In this document: piece after piece, positions 29,323-38,614 of the stretch
Numbering within the stretch: position 1 is the stretch's first letter
Layout: each line of letters begins with the position of its first letter
IMG/VR virus record: IMGVR_UViG_3300022660_000043
Reading direction: 5' to 3' (one strand)
Source of the DNA: a virus
Lineage: Duplodnaviria > Caudoviricetes
Length of the DNA: 64,000 nt
The notes under the pieces: model-generated
Database searches by the model: none
What the model was told of the DNA's origin: nothing
What the model saw: only the letters and a program-made list of their open reading frames with translations
Translations under genes and position numbers: made by a program

Positions 29323-30399
29323 TTACACACCTCTTGTCTTATCCCAGATATCTTTTATTGTATTGCTGTCATACCCGAAATTTTTCAAGGTAATATAGAC
29401 AGTTCTATACCAATCTTCTTCTTCTGATCTAAATTTCTTAATAACCTCTACTGCAAAACCTTTTTGCTCTGGAGTGTGTAAATCTACAACTTTTTTGGCT
29501 GTCACAGGATGAATTATTGGAGTAGTATGTGTTGGATTAGACTTTTTAATTGTAAGCAATAAACTATCTACTTGCTTGTCATTGATAGGTGTTGTGGTAA
29601 AAGCTTCATAGATAGATTTAATAATATTATAATAATCTTCAGGTAAGTTACGTCCTTTAAACTTAAAGTCATTAGCTGCCATGTCAGCCAGTAAGTCATC
29701 AATTTCCGAAGTACGATCAATTTCTCCATATTTATCCATAGAAGCTCTAATTCTTGGAGCAAGGTCATCCTCTGGATTACTATGATGAGCGATAGCTGAC
29801 TTGATTCCATTAGCAATCTCATTATGTATTGCATCAATTTCTGCTTGCAATCTATGGTACATCTGCTCTATCGGAAGATCTACCCATTCAAGTCTAATAT
29901 CATCCGTGATAAGACCACCGATAGTTCTACCATTAAGGAACATATTTCTTACAACTTCCTTATCTTCCGCAGAGTAAATCCTATCAGAAATCTCAAGATC
30001 TTCAATATAATTTAAAAATCCATGCAGGGTCATACTATTACCCCACTTGATATCAAACTCTTCACCAAATTTTCTCATCATACGAATCTGGTGCATAAGA
30101 AGATTGTGTGCTAGCTCGTGTCTCATAAGCACATTAAGTTGGTAAAATAAAGACTCATCTAATAAAAAGCCTTCACTAATATAGATAACGCCAAGATCAA
30201 AAGAAATTGCAGCAGTACAGGTAGGGTCTGCTTTCAATGAAACAATTTTAATATTAAAATCTTTGAGGCGCATTGCATACTTTTTGTGGTGGTGACCTTT
30301 ACCATCGTCGAGAAGCAGCTTAATAAGTTTTCTATGTAGCTGCTTCTCTTGCTTAGTCATATGCTGCTTAGCCTCAGTTAAGCGTAAGCTAGATTTCAT
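29323..30399 (-). CDS. Zincin metallopeptidase-like protein (DUF2201 N-terminal type)
   Basis: TAAISF, HELAH (HExxH) and NYIEDLEIS. Confidence 0.75.
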   Translation of the reverse strand: MKSSLRLTEAKQHMTKQEKQLHRKLIKLLLDDGKGHHHKKYAMRLKDFNIKIVSLKADPTCTAAISFDLGVIYISEGFLLDESLFYQLNVLMRHELAHNLLMHQIRMMRKFGEEFDIKWGNSMTLHGFLNYIEDLEISDRIYSAEDKEVVRNMFLNGRTIGGLITDDIRLEWVDLPIEQMYHRLQAEIDAIHNEIANGIKSAIAHHSNPEDDLAPRIRASMDKYGEIDRTSEIDDLLADMAANDFKFKGRNLPEDYYNIIKSIYEAFTTTPINDKQVDSLLLTIKKSNPTHTTPIIHPVTAKKVVDLHTPEQKGFAVEVIKKFRSEEEDWYRTVYITLKNFGYDSNTIKDIWDKTRGV

Positions 30400-30414
30400 A
30401 TGCCCTCCAATTAG

Positions 30415-31797
30415 TTACCATGCCTTAGCAGCGTTTCTGATTTTATCTTGAACTACTGATGGAGACACTGCATAGGTAGTACCAGCAGAGTTACCATTTG
30501 CAAACAAGTCATCATCATCCTCGCCGTAGTCATCAAAATTAATTTCATCCTCTTCTGATTCACCTTCATTTTCCTCAGCTTCAGGTTCTTCAGTCTGTAT
30601 ATCTACATTTGCGCCAAGTGCCTTAAGGTCAATGCCTTTTGTGGAGCAAAGATCTTCAAATGTTGGCTCATAATAATCATTAATAATGGTCCTTAACATA
30701 TCCATATTGTCTTCAAGGAAGTCAGAAGAATTAAGTAGCGTAAGGAAACCATCTTTTGTACCTCTACTTGCCTTAAGAAGCTCAAACAGCATTCTCTGGT
30801 TAAGCATATCTGCATCTTCCATCTCTAACGCCTGTAACATACTCTGAAGCTCATCTTTGGAAGCTGCACCCTCACCATCATATTTAAAGTCTCTATGATT
30901 TACAATAAATCTGCCTAGGTGCTGAATTCTTAAAAATGTTTCAAGATTACGTAAAAAATTAGGATGTTTCGGATTAAGCTTTTTAATAAGCCTGTCATAA
31001 TACTTGAGAAGGAAGTCATCTGTCGTTCTGGAATCAGAATGAGCATTTTTATTCTTAAACAGATATCTGGTTTTCTCTGCCTGGAAGAGCTTAGCTGCAC
31101 CGGGGTCAGACTTTAAACTTGGGTTGATACAAGCTACTGTAAAGAGTAGGTTTTTAAAGTAGTACTTGCCACCGGGAACATCAGCCTGAATAGTTTTATT
31201 GTTTACCAAGGTAAGTAGAGAACCACGAATCTGGTCTTTAGTCTGTCTATTAAGCTCATCAAGGAAGATAATAGAATTCTTACTCTCATCCTTAAGAGCA
31301 TCAAGTGTATTTGAGAAGGCCTTAGTAACTTTCTTACGGTCTGTATCATCTCTAACCGTAAAGCCGTTAATGAAAGCTTCTAGGTCATTATCTTTTGCAT
31401 TAATTTCGACACAGTTAAGACCTCTAGCCCTTGCCCAGTTTTCTACAATGGCTGTCTTACCAGAGCCAGGTAAACCAGAAATAAGAACATTACCCATACT
31501 ATGCTGACCTAGTTGCTGTTGCTCTAGAGCATATTCAAGAGCTCTGTCAAGAAGGTCAGTAATTACATTTTTAGTTTCAATAGCACCAGTATCACCTTCC
31601 TCATCTGGGAGGAATATAGCTTCTTCAGCCTGAATAGCTTGGCCTACCTCTTTAATTTCAGCAGCTGCATCTGTTGCTGCTTCCGCAGATACCTCACCGT
31701 CTGTAGAGTCTTCAATCTCATCCGCAATCTCTGCTACGGAGTCAGAAGTATTAATATCTGCTGCTTCAATGTCTTCTTGTAGTCTTTTAATTTTCAT
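30415..31797 (-). CDS. MoxR-family AAA+ ATPase
   Basis: GLPGSGKT, IIFLDELNR and ACINP; adjacent to the peptidase and vWA genes. Confidence 0.85.
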   Translation of the reverse strand: MKIKRLQEDIEAADINTSDSVAEIADEIEDSTDGEVSAEAATDAAAEIKEVGQAIQAEEAIFLPDEEGDTGAIETKNVITDLLDRALEYALEQQQLGQHSMGNVLISGLPGSGKTAIVENWARARGLNCVEINAKDNDLEAFINGFTVRDDTDRKKVTKAFSNTLDALKDESKNSIIFLDELNRQTKDQIRGSLLTLVNNKTIQADVPGGKYYFKNLLFTVACINPSLKSDPGAAKLFQAEKTRYLFKNKNAHSDSRTTDDFLLKYYDRLIKKLNPKHPNFLRNLETFLRIQHLGRFIVNHRDFKYDGEGAASKDELQSMLQALEMEDADMLNQRMLFELLKASRGTKDGFLTLLNSSDFLEDNMDMLRTIINDYYEPTFEDLCSTKGIDLKALGANVDIQTEEPEAEENEGESEEDEINFDDYGEDDDDLFANGNSAGTTYAVSPSVVQDKIRNAAKAW

Positions 31798-31808
31798 AAT
31801 TATCCTCC

Positions 31809-32879
31809 TTATTCTCTAATGAATGCCTCAGCATAAGCTTCTACATCGCCAATCTTGTAGCTATTGTACTCAATGTTAGCTGCTGCCTCATTCATACGTC
31901 TAGCAGAGATGGCACAATCTCCAAATTCAGTTTCAACAAGAAAATAGCCATTTCTCTCAGAAGCCTTCTTAACAATTCTAAGGTTAGAAATGTCAGATCC
32001 CCAATTCTTTGCCATACACTGAGCAAGGAAAGCATTAGCATCATTGATATCATCAAAATAACAAGTACAGTCAGCATAACCATGAGAACTGCTAATAAAT
32101 ACCTTATTGATACCATTGCCGTTATCACCCTGCTTACTAAGAGGTTTAACTAACGCGTATGCAGGAGAAGCAGACTTAGCATTATCTGCTACAATACAAA
32201 AGCTGATATTAGTATTTGCATATACCTTCTGTCCAGGCTGACCCTTAAGGGCTCTTGCATTACCAGACTGTGGGCCAGAACTTTTATAAGGATTAGCTGG
32301 GCCCTGACCTGGAGCTTTTGGAGCGCTAGGAGTTCTAGGAGTTCTAGGAGCTCTTGTCGCAGTTGAGGCACCAGTTGTTGTAGCAGCAGAGGCGGAGGTT
32401 GTACTACCTTTTGCAAGTTGCTGAGAAAGGAAGCATTCAAAATCCCAGAGTTTACCTCCAATAAGAGTCTGTCTATACTGATCCATTTCCTGAGTAGTTT
32501 TATTTGTATTTACATCATCCCAGTAAATACAGTTTTCAGCACAGAAATCTGCAATATAGCCACTGAGAGTGTCAGGTGCACGTTTTACCATTCTTGAACC
32601 TTTTACTCTGCCAAATGCTGTAGGATCTACAAAGAATTTGCATTCAGCTACTGAGGCGATTGCTTTATCTACATTAAAAAAATCAAAGCCTCTATGCACA
32701 ATTTCATCGCATATAGTTTTAATATCTGCCTTTTTACTATAATTCGAAAGACCAGTCCATCTTCTGCCTAAGGAGCTACCAATTGAGGTGTCGCCAGGCT
32801 GAATAATACCGCCTTGCCAAAATAAGTCGAGTAGAAAGCCTTTTGACTCTAACTTGTCTTTAGCCGAAAGTTTTGCCAT
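31809..32879 (-). CDS. Hypothetical two-domain protein with Thr/Pro/Ala linker
   Basis: First gene after a late promoter motif; C-terminal MNEA and FIRE motifs. Confidence 0.6.
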   Translation of the reverse strand: MAKLSAKDKLESKGFLLDLFWQGGIIQPGDTSIGSSLGRRWTGLSNYSKKADIKTICDEIVHRGFDFFNVDKAIASVAECKFFVDPTAFGRVKGSRMVKRAPDTLSGYIADFCAENCIYWDDVNTNKTTQEMDQYRQTLIGGKLWDFECFLSQQLAKGSTTSASAATTTGASTATRAPRTPRTPSAPKAPGQGPANPYKSSGPQSGNARALKGQPGQKVYANTNISFCIVADNAKSASPAYALVKPLSKQGDNGNGINKVFISSSHGYADCTCYFDDINDANAFLAQCMAKNWGSDISNLRIVKKASERNGYFLVETEFGDCAISARRMNEAAANIEYNSYKIGDVEAYAEAFIRE

Positions 32880-32921
32880 TATATATCTCCTTTTACCTAA
32901 AATAAAGTTTTTGATTTCAAA

Positions 32922-32935
32922 TCAATTAATTTAGC
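32922..32935 (-). promoter_or_regulatory. Putative late promoter GCTAAATTAATTGA
   Basis: Motif copy heading the MoxR cluster. Confidence 0.7.
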
Positions 32936-32982
32936 GCATATTATTTGTTAATCTTAGCTACTTTAGTCGATATAGACTATTT

Positions 32983-34836
32983 TTAATCAATTCCGATGAG
33001 CCCATGACACTGTGGGTATCTAGTGCAACCATAGAATAACTTACCAAAACGACTTCTTCTTACTACCATGAGAGACCCACACTGTGGACATTGCTTTTCT
33101 GCTACTTGTGTAGTTTCTCCAACCGTTTCCTTATTTGCCTTTAAAGCAGTTTCAAGATTTAAATAAAAAGTCTTTAAAAAGTCTAACTTAGTAAGCTTAC
33201 CATTTGCAATTTTATCAAGGGACTCTTCAAGCTGTTTTGTATAATCAAGGCTAATAATGTCGGAAAAAGACCTATCCAAGAAGCTAGCTAATTGAATTCC
33301 TTTTTCAGTTGGGATAATATATTTATCTTCAAGAGTGCAATAATTTCTAGTAGGGCTTAAAACAGTTTCTACAATAGTTACATAAGTTGACGGCCTGCCT
33401 ATCTCTCTTTTTTGCAGCTCTTTAATCAAAGTTGCCTCTTTATATCTAGAAGGCGGTTGGGTTTCCTTTAGTTGCTCTTGTAATGTAGTTTGCGTTAAAA
33501 CTTCATTTTGAACAAAAGTCTCTTTAACCAACTCTGATATATCCTCTGTAACCCCATAAAGACTACGATATCCAGGATTTAAAAGCTCTTTTGAAGTAAG
33601 TTTAAATAAATGGTTATTATTCTCAATTATATAAGTTGTCTCAGAAATAACTGCAGCTGGTAAAGCAGAGGCAATAGTTCTTTGCCAAATCAGTTTATAT
33701 ACCTTAACCAGTAAATCATTACTAAGATGTGTAGCTAAAATGTCTGGAGTCAGAGCTGGGTTAATTACTCTTAAAGCTTCGTGACCCTCCTGGGCGTTAT
33801 CTAACTTTTTACCAATTCTTGGTTTTGTGTAGGCACCTGATCCAAAAGTTGTCGTAATATAATTCTCGAGCTCCGGTAAAAATTCTGAAGAAAGGTCTGT
33901 AGCATCAGTTCTCATATAAGTAATTAAGCCTACATGTTCACCGTTTATAGAAATTCCCTCAAATAGTTTCTGTGCGCAAGACATTGCATCCTTAACCTTT
34001 AGCCCGATCTGATTAGCAGCATCTTGCTGGAAAGTTGCAGTACAATAAGGTGGTTTTGGATTTTCAAGTTTTTGTTTTGTGTTAATAGCTTTGATAATAT
34101 AATCTTTAGAGCAACCAAACTTGATTAATTTTAAAAGATCTGTTGATTTAATTCGATCTATAGGATTATCTTCTGTACCAATATATTTTGCTTTAAACTC
34201 AGTATTATTTTTTACAAACTGAAGCCAGAGATCATAATACTGCTCAGGCTTAAAATCTTGAATTTCTTTTTCACGATCTACAATAAGTTTAAGACCTGCA
34301 CTTTGACAGCGACCAACACTTTTTGCACCAACATAAGCCTTTGCCACAGGGCTTAGAGTGAAGCCAATCATCTTATCAATAGTAAGACGGGCCAATGCAG
34401 CATCTACTAATTCATTAGATAAAGTAGTAGGATTCTCTATAGCATTTACAACGGCCTTGGGGGTAATTTCATGTGTAATAGATCTACGAATCTTCTCTGC
34501 AGGAATATTAAGAAACTTAATTAAGCTCCAAGAAATTGCTTCTCCTTCACGGTCGCCATCAGACATTAGGTATACAACATCTGCTGCTTTTACTTGAAGC
34601 TTAAGTTTTTTTACAATATCTTGTTTGTCCGAGGAAATTTTAAGGCTTAATGCAAAATCTGCTAGCGGCTCAATACCTGAGTTATAATACGTACCACCAT
34701 TAGCAAGTTCCATAATATGTCCATAGCTAGCCACAACAGTTGCATTAGAGTAGCCAGCTTTTTTAAGAATATTAGCTATTGTTGAGCATTTGTTGGGAGA
34801 TTCTACAATGACTAATATTTTGTTGTCTTTAAGCAT
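32983..34836 (-). CDS. topA: DNA topoisomerase IA
   Basis: IVESPNK, ASYGHI, DGDREGE, catalytic GLITYMRTD, GRPSTY and one C-terminal Zn ribbon. Confidence 0.93.
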   Translation of the reverse strand: MLKDNKILVIVESPNKCSTIANILKKAGYSNATVVASYGHIMELANGGTYYNSGIEPLADFALSLKISSDKQDIVKKLKLQVKAADVVYLMSDGDREGEAISWSLIKFLNIPAEKIRRSITHEITPKAVVNAIENPTTLSNELVDAALARLTIDKMIGFTLSPVAKAYVGAKSVGRCQSAGLKLIVDREKEIQDFKPEQYYDLWLQFVKNNTEFKAKYIGTEDNPIDRIKSTDLLKLIKFGCSKDYIIKAINTKQKLENPKPPYCTATFQQDAANQIGLKVKDAMSCAQKLFEGISINGEHVGLITYMRTDATDLSSEFLPELENYITTTFGSGAYTKPRIGKKLDNAQEGHEALRVINPALTPDILATHLSNDLLVKVYKLIWQRTIASALPAAVISETTYIIENNNHLFKLTSKELLNPGYRSLYGVTEDISELVKETFVQNEVLTQTTLQEQLKETQPPSRYKEATLIKELQKREIGRPSTYVTIVETVLSPTRNYCTLEDKYIIPTEKGIQLASFLDRSFSDIISLDYTKQLEESLDKIANGKLTKLDFLKTFYLNLETALKANKETVGETTQVAEKQCPQCGSLMVVRRSRFGKLFYGCTRYPQCHGLIGID

Positions 34837-34988
34837 TATTCGTCCCTCCAAGCAGATTTATGCAAAACCTCCCGTTCAAGAAGCTGACGAACATAAGCAG
34901 AAACGGAAATACCTTCATGAAAAGCTGCTACCCTTAAAGCTTCCTTTATCTCAACAGGAACCTCAAAGCTGATAATTTTCTTTTCCAT
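34836..34988 (-). CDS. Ribbon-helix-helix (CopG/Arc-like) protein, 50 aa, not in ORF track
   Basis: MEKKIISFEVPVEIKEALRVAAFHEGISVSAYVRQLLEREV; TAATG coupling to topA. Confidence 0.7.
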   Translation of the reverse strand: MEKKIISFEVPVEIKEALRVAAFHEGISVSAYVRQLLEREVLHKSAWRDE

Positions 34989-34990
34989 GA

Positions 34991-35236
34991 TTAACCTCTA
35001 TTTACTTTTTTATTATTAAAGTAGTCATAAATAAATCCAACTACACAATTTCCTTTGCCAACCATGTGGCCATAAAAATCAGTAGTAATATCTTTCTTTT
35101 TTCTATAGAACCCAAGAATACGTCTGCTGCTAAACTCTCGTGCTTCGACATCTCCATTTGCATAAGTACGAACAATACCAATAATCTTACGAGAGTTAAA
35201 CTCTCTAACATATTCCTGCTTTACCCAGCGTGCCAT
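34991..35236 (-). CDS. Hypothetical protein with duplicated REF.SR.I.G motif
   Basis: Coupled ORF; internal repeat. Confidence 0.6.
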   Translation of the reverse strand: MARWVKQEYVREFNSRKIIGIVRTYANGDVEAREFSSRRILGFYRKKKDITTDFYGHMVGKGNCVVGFIYDYFNNKKVNRG

Positions 35237-36024
35237 TATCTCTTACCCTTTCTATTTAAAAATTGCTTAAGCTGATTTTTATTGTTAGTCCTCTCAATAT
35301 TGTCAATATGTTTGATTTTCAAAGCGGCCTTAGCTCTGGCTCTCTGTTTCATGTCTTTAATGTTTGAATCCTCTGCTACCAAAGCTGCCTGTCCATTTAC
35401 AACTTTTTCTGCAAAAGCCAACTTTTTATAGCTATCTTGCAGCTCAGTATCTTCTTTAAGCGCTTTCTGGGCAGCTTCAGTCTTTACTTTTACGTATTCT
35501 TTATAAAAATCAACCAGTTCATTGATTTCTTCCTCTGAAAGATCTGCTAAAGAACCATCCAGTTCTACATCAGAAACTAATCCTAGATCATCTGGAAGAA
35601 CACCATCAAGAAGCTGAACTTGCTGATCAAAAAGTCTAGCTGCTGCACCAAGCAGTTTATTTTCCTCATATTTAAATTCAGCAGTATGATAAACTACTGT
35701 TATATTTTCCGGACGGCTGATTAGAATCTCTTTGCCAGGCATAGAAACACAAGTTTCAGGTGCAATCTTATAATCTGCCTTCTTAGTAATAATAGGATCA
35801 ATAAATGTTTTAATGGTATTCTCAAAACGGATACAAAAAACACGCTTGTTAATACCAATCTGGGGTGCAGACAAAACAAGGATAGTTTTATCAGCTTCCA
35901 TTACTTCATGAAGCTGCTTAATAATATCTTCACCCTCAGTTTTATCAATACCTTCAGTAGAAAGAAACTTAAGAGGCTCAGAAGCCTGACGCAATAAATC
36001 AAGGTTTGTAATAATTTCAGTCAT
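35236..36024 (-). CDS. Peptide deformylase-like protein, catalytic motifs degenerate
   Basis: LSAPQIGINKR, ETCVSMPG and ISRP; the HExxH motif is replaced by QQVQL. Confidence 0.75.
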   Translation of the reverse strand: MTEIITNLDLLRQASEPLKFLSTEGIDKTEGEDIIKQLHEVMEADKTILVLSAPQIGINKRVFCIRFENTIKTFIDPIITKKADYKIAPETCVSMPGKEILISRPENITVVYHTAEFKYEENKLLGAAARLFDQQVQLLDGVLPDDLGLVSDVELDGSLADLSEEEINELVDFYKEYVKVKTEAAQKALKEDTELQDSYKKLAFAEKVVNGQAALVAEDSNIKDMKQRARAKAALKIKHIDNIERTNNKNQLKQFLNRKGKR

Positions 36025-36089
36025 ATAAACTCCTATTAATTTAATAGATTATTAATTTAATAATTTAATAGCTTAAAGTAAGCAGGCAA

Positions 36090-36455
36090 TTATTTGCCTG
36101 CATCCTTTAACTTGCTAAGTTCAATTCTTAAGTTGTCGAGAGCACTTTTGTTTTCAATACTTACGGATTCTTGTGTTGAACCGGACTCCGTAAAATATTG
36201 CTCGAGTGCTTTATTTGATTTCTTATATCTATCTTTTTTCTTTGAACGATTAGGCATTTCAAGAAGGTACATGATGTAAGAAATTCTGTCAAAATTAGTT
36301 TCAATAGTAAAAACTTCATTTTGCGCAGCAACCAGCTGATCCTCAGTAATATGCCCGTCAGCTAACGCTTGCTCAAAGTCTGTCAAGTCAGCTTTCATTT
36401 CAAGGTACTGATTTAACATTGTGTAATAATACTGTTTTACATCTTTAATTGCCAT
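36090..36455 (-). CDS. Hypothetical protein
   Basis: ORF with RBS. Confidence 0.6.
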   Translation of the reverse strand: MAIKDVKQYYYTMLNQYLEMKADLTDFEQALADGHITEDQLVAAQNEVFTIETNFDRISYIMYLLEMPNRSKKKDRYKKSNKALEQYFTESGSTQESVSIENKSALDNLRIELSKLKDAGK

Positions 36456-36462
36456 AATATCC

Positions 36463-36822
36463 TCACAAACTATTAATAAAACTTTCTGCCGTTGGCATCA
36501 TTGCGAGTGCCGCATACTCTGGGATAATTTCAACTTTACTTATTCCGTTTCTGCCATCATTTAAAAACTTATCCGTCTCTCGCTCTATGGTCATCTCTTT
36601 GAAATCAAATTTCTTAAAAGAAAGCTCCATATTTTCTAGTAAAGCTGTGATATCTGGATAAACCGGTCCAAACTTTAACATCGCAACTTTTCCAAGATAA
36701 GTTTTAACAATAATATACCACTCTTTTCCTTTGTCATTAGAACAACGTAATGCAAAGTTTCCAATATCATCTACTTGAATATTTTGCATGAAGACTGGCT
36801 GCTGGTCAAATTCAAAAATCAT
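36463..36822 (-). CDS. Hypothetical protein
   Basis: Coupled ORF. Confidence 0.6.
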   Translation of the reverse strand: MIFEFDQQPVFMQNIQVDDIGNFALRCSNDKGKEWYIIVKTYLGKVAMLKFGPVYPDITALLENMELSFKKFDFKEMTIERETDKFLNDGRNGISKVEIIPEYAALAMMPTAESFINSL

Positions 36823-37124
36823 ACCCCTAGCTTTTCTCCAATCTTTACGAAATACTTATCATTGTCGAAATCTGCAAAAAGAAAAATATTATAAGTAGTA
36901 TTATCTTCATCTAGCTCAAAGTAATTAATAATCTTAGTGGTATTATCACTAGAATTCTTTGTAAACTCTGGATACTCTGTATTAATCGCATTTTTATCCA
37001 GCTTAGTATACATTCTTGCATACTCATTACTATCCGCAAGAGGAATTACATAGAAATGATTATCATAAGCGCCAGTTTCCTCAATCTGTAGTCTATGTAA
37101 TACTGTTTTAATATCAGATATCAT
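36819..37124 (-). CDS. Hypothetical protein
   Basis: Coupled ORF. Confidence 0.6.
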   Translation of the reverse strand: MISDIKTVLHRLQIEETGAYDNHFYVIPLADSNEYARMYTKLDKNAINTEYPEFTKNSSDNTTKIINYFELDEDNTTYNIFLFADFDNDKYFVKIGEKLGV

Positions 37125-37654
37125 TATGGTTTATCCTCCTCAGTTTTATCTTCAAAAGTAGCTTCTTGCACTTGAGGTTGCTGAATCTTTTGTAAAAGAC
37201 CTAATACTGCATTTTTAACTTTATCTCTAGACTCTCTAGGAAGCTCAGTAGCACCAACGTTAATAGAATTATCCTGTGAATTAATTTGAATAAAAGGCTG
37301 CTGTTCGTCAGCTCCACTTACTTGACGCTGACCTCTCTCAATAATATCTTGAACAATTTTAAGACCGTCCATAAGCTCTTTATTAGAAATCTCATCTGGG
37401 CGTTCCGCTATTCGCTTTACAAATTGATCAACTAAGTTATCTTGTAATCCGCTTAGCTTATCCATACGAACCATGGTCTTCTTATTTTGGTTTAGATTAA
37501 ATAAATAAGTAAGATCTCTGGTCTTGGCCTCATCAGATTCACTAATAATTTGACTTAAAAGTTTAAGAGATTCTTCATTGAGAGCAGAAGAGTCATAAGG
37601 AACTACTGCAGCTTGACTATCAGTCTCAAGTGGAGTAAGTTCATTATGATCCAT
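37124..37654 (-). CDS. Possible terminase small subunit
   Basis: Helical core, Q/N-rich beta strand (IQINSQDNSINV) and C-terminal helix, as in gp16-type TerS; weak evidence. Confidence 0.35.
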   Translation of the reverse strand: MDHNELTPLETDSQAAVVPYDSSALNEESLKLLSQIISESDEAKTRDLTYLFNLNQNKKTMVRMDKLSGLQDNLVDQFVKRIAERPDEISNKELMDGLKIVQDIIERGQRQVSGADEQQPFIQINSQDNSINVGATELPRESRDKVKNAVLGLLQKIQQPQVQEATFEDKTEEDKP

Positions 37655-37983
37655 TACAGCACCTCGTTACAGAAGTTAACTAATTTCTCAGCAAGTATCT
37701 GTTCTAGAGTACACTCAAGTGGATCAATGCCAGAAGTAACTCCTTGCTTAATTGTGGCTTTTAAATCTTTACTTGGTACAAATTTACTCTGCATGTTAAT
37801 CAAATCAATACTGAGTGTACCAATACCAATATTAATAATGACTGCCTGTTCTCCATTATTTTTTGCATCTGCAATAATACTGCCGATACAAAGATTAATC
37901 TTATGCACTAACTCATTTAAAGTCTTATTAGGGATTTTCGTGAGAGTGCTAATATCATTTACAATATTCTGTTGTGTTGACAT
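37654..37983 (-). CDS. HU/IHF-like protein lacking the beta-arm
   Basis: Two N-terminal helices, GIGTLSI (cf. GFGTF) and KFVPSKDLK (cf. KFKPSKALK) separated by only ~7 aa. Confidence 0.5.
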   Translation of the reverse strand: MSTQQNIVNDISTLTKIPNKTLNELVHKINLCIGSIIADAKNNGEQAVIINIGIGTLSIDLINMQSKFVPSKDLKATIKQGVTSGIDPLECTLEQILAEKLVNFCNEVL

Positions 37984-37992
37984 ATTATCTCC

Positions 37993-38220
37993 TTATCCGT
38001 CAATTCGACGTAATATAGCCATAGGGTCTTTCCCTGACAGCTTCCATAAGCTTTTGTGAATATCTTTTATATAAGCCTCAAAAGATTTATTTAATTTATA
38101 CTGAATACAGCTTGCCATAATCTGATCACTAGAATAAGTATCAGAAAAAATTTCATTAATAAACTTTAGACGAGATTCAAATGTTCGTTCAGACTCAGGC
38201 GGACGTACCTTATTTTCCAA
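37993..38220 (-). CDS. Hypothetical protein
   Basis: Coupled ORF. Confidence 0.55.
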   Translation of the reverse strand: MENKVRPPESERTFESRLKFINEIFSDTYSSDQIMASCIQYKLNKSFEAYIKDIHKSLWKLSGKDPMAILRRIDG

Positions 38221-38614
38221 TTTGAATCTGCCCCCTATCTATATTATACTGTTTCATAATAGGAATTATCTTCAGATAAAGCTCAGTAATTTTATCTTTT
38301 TGTTTAGGAGTTACCCCATCAAGCTTAGACTGTGCCTCAGATAGTGAGTTACCGTCTAAGTTAATATACTGATATAATAGTAAAGCTTTAGACATAGTTG
38401 CAAATTCCTCTGCTGTTGGGATCGTAATTGTCTTGCCTGCAAAATAAGTAAGCAGACGAGTCAAATTTGCGCCATCTAATAAATAACATAATTCAGACAG
38501 TACGGCACAGTCAGGAAGATCCTGAAGCTTATAAGTAATGAACAGCATCAGAGAATAAATATCTGATAGATGAAGGTTATTAAGATTTTGTTTAATACTG
38601 GTCCTCGTAGACAT
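38210..38614 (-). CDS. Mor/C-like transcription regulator
   Basis: LLTYFAGKTITIP resembles the Mor/C motif LxxxFGGxxIYIP. Confidence 0.45.
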   Translation of the reverse strand: MSTRTSIKQNLNNLHLSDIYSLMLFITYKLQDLPDCAVLSELCYLLDGANLTRLLTYFAGKTITIPTAEEFATMSKALLLYQYINLDGNSLSEAQSKLDGVTPKQKDKITELYLKIIPIMKQYNIDRGQIQIGK

